Positions 29,035 to 32,000 of a stretch of DNA of 32,000 nt are shown here, piece after piece. The translations under genes and the position numbers were made by a program. Origin of the DNA: Dickeya dadantii NCPPB 898 (GTDB taxonomy: Bacteria; Pseudomonadota; Gammaproteobacteria; Enterobacterales; Enterobacteriaceae); NCBI RefSeq assembly GCF_000406145.1, contig NZ_CM001976.1, forward strand, positions 1,892,061 through 1,924,060, in the 5' to 3' direction. The number at the start of each line of letters is the position of its first letter. Position 1 is the first letter of the stretch. The notes beneath the pieces were generated by a model. It saw only the letters and a program-made list of their open reading frames with translations. It made no database searches and was not told where the DNA came from.

Positions 29035-29222
29035 TAAAAACTGTGCTGAGGTAAGCGACTTCGCCGGGTGAGCGGCATGGACGCCGCGAAAGCCCGTGTC
29101 GCGTCGGGAGCGCGTCACGGGCGGCCCGAACAGCGAAGGCGATTGCCGAAGGCACCGCGCCAGCGGCACAGTTTAGCCCTTAGCCAGTGGTCAAGGAGAG
29201 GCGGCGTTTGAGCCTCTCCTTG
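29035..29222. other. GC-rich multi-hairpin intergenic element of unknown nature
   Basis: Outer arms aaactgtgc (29038-29046) and gcacagttt (29166-29174) enclose gcggc-atggac-gccgc, cccgtg-t-cgcg-tcgggag-cgcg-t-cacggg and cttcgc/gcgaag pairings. A separate perfect 11-bp hairpin follows: caaggagaggc-ggcgtttga-gcctctccttg (29192-29222). All + strand frames carry stops. One minus-strand frame stays open for about 60 codons (29177 down to about 28991) but has no ATG start or Shine-Dalgarno sequence. Confidence 0.5.
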
Positions 29223-29304
29223 TCGTGCGTGCGATGAAATGGTAGAGAAACTACACGGTTTATCCCGCACGAAATCATCCACTTGTTGGTCAATAACCAT
29301 CATT

Positions 29305-29335
29305 CACAAAACAACCCGGCTGTTTGTCTACAGCC
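29305..29335 (-). terminator. Candidate terminator of the ybhP-clsB operon
   Basis: On the minus strand, GGCTGT-agacaa-ACAGCC followed by gggTTGTTTTGTG, 11 nt after the clsB stop. Confidence 0.55.
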
Positions 29336-29345
29336 TTGAGGTTTG

Positions 29346-30551
29346 TTATTTTCTGTCGTTGTTATCCACCTGTCCCACCCGAGTCAGATGCGGGCTGTGC
29401 GCCGGCAACCAGCCGACTATCGACGGGAAACGTTTCAGGAAATGGAACACCACCATACTTTTGATCACCTGCCAGTATGAGCGCTTTGGCAGTTGTGTGG
29501 GGTCAACCCGCACGCAGTCTTCGCGAATCAGCTGGTGCAGGTTGTCCCGCAGTTGCTGGTTGAAGTTTCGGTCATTGATGAACAGGTTGGCTTCGAGGTT
29601 GAGCGCCAGACTGAGCGGGTCCAGGTTGCTGGAACCGACGGTGGTCCAGTATTCATCCTGCAACGCGACCTTGCCGTGCAGCGGCTGGCGGCGGTATTCA
29701 TAAATATCCACCCCGGCTTTCACCAGCCAGGGGTAGAGCAATCGCGCACCTATCAGGACGATCGGCATGTCCGGTTGCCCCTGAATGATCAGCCGTACCC
29801 GCACATCCCGCCGCGCGGCCTTACGCATCGCCCGCAGTAAGCGATAGCCGGGGAAAAAATAGGCATTGGCGATCACCACTTCACGTTTGGCTCGCCGCAG
29901 CATCAGCAGGTATTGGCGTTCGATGTCGCGGCGGTGCAGGCCGTTGTCGCGCCAGACAAACAGTGCCTGGGCGTTGCCGGGGTGAGTGTTGCGCACGGCG
30001 CGGCGAAAGCGTCGTCGCCACCAGATGCGCGGTTCCTCATCGTGGGCCAGCGCCGCCAGCGCAAAACGGTAGATGTCGTCCACCACCGGGCCGCGCACCT
30101 TAACGGCGTAATCCTGCTTGGCTTCCGGGCCGTAGTCGCTCAGGTGGTCGGCGGAATAGTTGATGCCGCCTATCCAGGCGGTGTGGCCGTCTACCACCAC
30201 GATCTTACGGTGTAACCGCCGGAACAGATTGGTGCGCATCAGGCCGAACAAGCGGCGTCGGGGATCGTAAAAATGAAAACGTACCCCGGCTTCGATCATC
30301 GGTGCCAGAAAGTCGGGCGACAGGTCGTGCGAGCCGTAGCCGTCGGCGGTGGCGTCCACGTTGACGCCGCGCCGCGCCGCCGCGATCAGCGCCTCCCGCA
30401 GCGCATAGCCGACCTTGTCTTCAAACCAGATAAAGGTCTCCAGCACCACCCGATTGCGGGCCTGACGGATGGCGTCAAACACGCTGGGGTAGAATTCGTC
30501 GCCATTCACCAGCAGTTCAATCTGGTTGCCGTCGCGCCATTCGGTTTTCAC
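29346..30551 (-). CDS. clsB: Cardiolipin synthase B (PLD superfamily), 401 aa
   Basis: GTG start. [17 protein letters not shown] compares with E. coli ClsB MKCSWREGNKIQLLENG. Two HKD motifs are present ([17 protein letters not shown]). The start overlaps the ybhP stop (GTGA). Confidence 0.94.
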   Translation of the reverse strand: MKTEWRDGNQIELLVNGDEFYPSVFDAIRQARNRVVLETFIWFEDKVGYALREALIAAARRGVNVDATADGYGSHDLSPDFLAPMIEAGVRFHFYDPRRRLFGLMRTNLFRRLHRKIVVVDGHTAWIGGINYSADHLSDYGPEAKQDYAVKVRGPVVDDIYRFALAALAHDEEPRIWWRRRFRRAVRNTHPGNAQALFVWRDNGLHRRDIERQYLLMLRRAKREVVIANAYFFPGYRLLRAMRKAARRDVRVRLIIQGQPDMPIVLIGARLLYPWLVKAGVDIYEYRRQPLHGKVALQDEYWTTVGSSNLDPLSLALNLEANLFINDRNFNQQLRDNLHQLIREDCVRVDPTQLPKRSYWQVIKSMVVFHFLKRFPSIVGWLPAHSPHLTRVGQVDNNDRK

Positions 30552-31318
30552 AAGTGAATCTCCACCGCCAGCGGCGCATGATCGGACAGATGCGACCAGG
30601 GTTTAGGCGGCAGCAACCTGGGGACGCTGGTCCGGGCGTTGCGCACGTAGATGCGATCGAGGCACAACAGCGGAAAGCGGGCCGGAAAGGTCCGCGCCGG
30701 TTTGCCGAAGTGCTGGCTGAATACCTCTTCCAGACCGGCGCTGCGTTTCAGCAGGGCGCTGGCCTTCATCTGCCAGTCATTGAAATCCCCGGCGACAATC
30801 AAGGGCGCTTCGGCGGGTAGCGTCGCCAGCAGGTCGCACAATAATGTCATTTGCTGCCGCCGGTGCGAAGCGGTGAGCCCCATGTGTACGCATACTACGT
30901 GGATATGCAAATCCCGGTTGGGGACTTTCAGTACGCAATGCAGGATGCCGCGTTTGGCTCTTTCGGATACCGATACGTCCAGATTGCGATAGCTGAAAAT
31001 CGGAAAGCGCGACAGCACCGCGTTGCCGTGATCGCCCTCCGGGTAAATCGCGTTGCGCCCGTAGGCGTAATCGTTCCACATGGTTTCCGCCAGAAATTCG
31101 TAGTGCGAAGTATCCGGCCAGTGTTCCACCTGTAAGGGATGGGTAGAGTGGCGGCCCAACACTTCTTGCAGGCAGACGATATCGGCGGAAACCGAACGTA
31201 CGGCATCGCGCAGTTCCGGCAGGATAAAACGGCGGTTCAGTGCGCTGAACCCCTTATGGGTATTGATGGTCAGCACGGTGAAAGAAAACCCCAATGACGG
31301 TTGCGAGACGGTATCCAT
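30548..31318 (-). CDS. ybhP: Endonuclease/exonuclease/phosphatase (EEP) family protein YbhP, 256 aa
   Basis: ORF 30548..31483 trimmed to ATG 31318, with GAGGGA upstream. [43 protein letters not shown] compares with E. coli Ybh[44 protein letters not shown]. The longer ORF would overlap ybhR. Confidence 0.93.
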   Translation of the reverse strand: MDTVSQPSLGFSFTVLTINTHKGFSALNRRFILPELRDAVRSVSADIVCLQEVLGRHSTHPLQVEHWPDTSHYEFLAETMWNDYAYGRNAIYPEGDHGNAVLSRFPIFSYRNLDVSVSERAKRGILHCVLKVPNRDLHIHVVCVHMGLTASHRRQQMTLLCDLLATLPAEAPLIVAGDFNDWQMKASALLKRSAGLEEVFSQHFGKPARTFPARFPLLCLDRIYVRNARTSVPRLLPPKPWSHLSDHAPLAVEIHL

Positions 31319-31410
31319 TGTTTTCCCTCGTTCCCAAGTAGCTGAATAATCAGTGTAGTCAGTGTTTGGCGACGCGTCGTTGACGCTGTGCGCCGCCCGT
31401 GCGCGCAAAC

Positions 31411-32000
31411 CTAGCCGATCTTGCGCCGGAACAGCGCGTAGGCGGCGCTGCCGGTGGTGGCGGTGATCACCAACAGCGGCCACACCCCGCGCCAGACCAC
31501 GGCCAGGCTGGCGTTTTTCAGATATATCTGTTTGGTGATATCGGTGAAATGGCGCACCGGGTTAGCCCAGGTGAGCTGTTGCAGCCATAGCGGCATATTC
31601 TCGACGGGCGACACATAGCCGGACAGCAGAATGGCGGGCATCACGAAGACGAATACGCCGATGAACGCCTGTTGCTGGGTGGAACAGAGCGCGGAAATCA
31701 GCAGCCCAAATCCCACCAGCGATAACCCGTAAACCAGTATGCAGAGGTAGAACAGCAGCAGCGAGCCGGAAAACGGGATGCGATAAGCGAGGATGCCGGC
31801 CGCCAGCACGATGCTGGCCTGAACGGTGGCGACGATCAGCGCCGGGACCGCCTTGCCGACGAAGATCTGTCCGGTGGACAGCGGCGAAACCAGCAGTTGT
31901 TCCAGCGTGCCCTGTTCCCGCTCGCGCGCCACCGACAGCGCGGTGACGATCAACACGCCAATGGTGGTAATCAGCGCCACCAGCGACGGCACCACAAACC
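31411..32000 (-). CDS. ybhR: ABC-2 type exporter permease YbhR, C-terminal about 195 codons (gene continues past the right edge)
   Basis: Open to the window edge. ABC-2 permease sequence ([15 protein letters not shown] ... [27 protein letters not shown]) matches the YbhR C-terminus. Confidence 0.88.
   Translation of the reverse strand, partial: FVVPSLVALITTIGVLIVTALSVAREREQGTLEQLLVSPLSTGQIFVGKAVPALIVATVQASIVLAAGILAYRIPFSGSLLLFYLCILVYGLSLVGFGLLISALCSTQQQAFIGVFVFVMPAILLSGYVSPVENMPLWLQQLTWANPVRHFTDITKQIYLKNASLAVVWRGVWPLLVITATTGSAAYALFRRKIG

Noticed and set aside
31319-31483. 55-codon N-terminal extension of ybhP overlapping the end of ybhR
   Set aside because: Homology to YbhP begins at [13 protein letters not shown] (ATG 31318, GAGGGA Shine-Dalgarno sequence). 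The extension is R/H-rich and would overlap ybhR by 73 nt.

Overview
GC-rich enterobacterial chromosome. Gene content plus an ERIC element suggest Pectobacteriaceae such as Dickeya, but that is inference only. Almost all of the window is conserved housekeeping DNA: moeB' and moeA, maeA, yohJ-yohK-cdd, a periplasmic GH3 glycosidase, divergent bioA / bioBFCD around a BirA operator, uvrB with an SOS box, ybhK, moaABCDE behind a ModE box and a Moco riboswitch, ybhL, ybhP-clsB, and the 3' part of ybhR. From memory of E. coli K-12, the backbone is bio-uvrB-ybhK-moa-ybhL-(ybhM-ybhN)-clsB-ybhP-(ybhQ)-ybhR. Against it, three blocks look lineage-specific: a small VOC/glyoxalase-fold gene after uvrB, a short-Q-loop cytochrome bd (CIO-type) operon with a DUF2474-like third ORF, and a Fur-box-preceded ferric ABC transporter whose permease is split by an apparent 1-nt frameshift. 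ybhM, ybhN and ybhQ are absent. I found no tRNA, rRNA, CRISPR array, IS/transposase/integrase, prophage or recognisable defence genes, and no convincing novel multi-gene system. What remains unexplained is non-coding. It comprises a roughly 190-bp GC-rich multi-hairpin element where ybhM/ybhN would be, an orphan minus-strand terminator beside paired DnaA boxes in the bioD-uvrB spacer, a hairpin plus U-tract in the cioA leader, an enlarged ERIC element abutting the GH3 start, and three short tandem repeats in promoter or leader regions. The many long ORFs antisense to real genes are treated as GC-bias artefacts. All homology statements rest on recalled family sequences; no searches were run.
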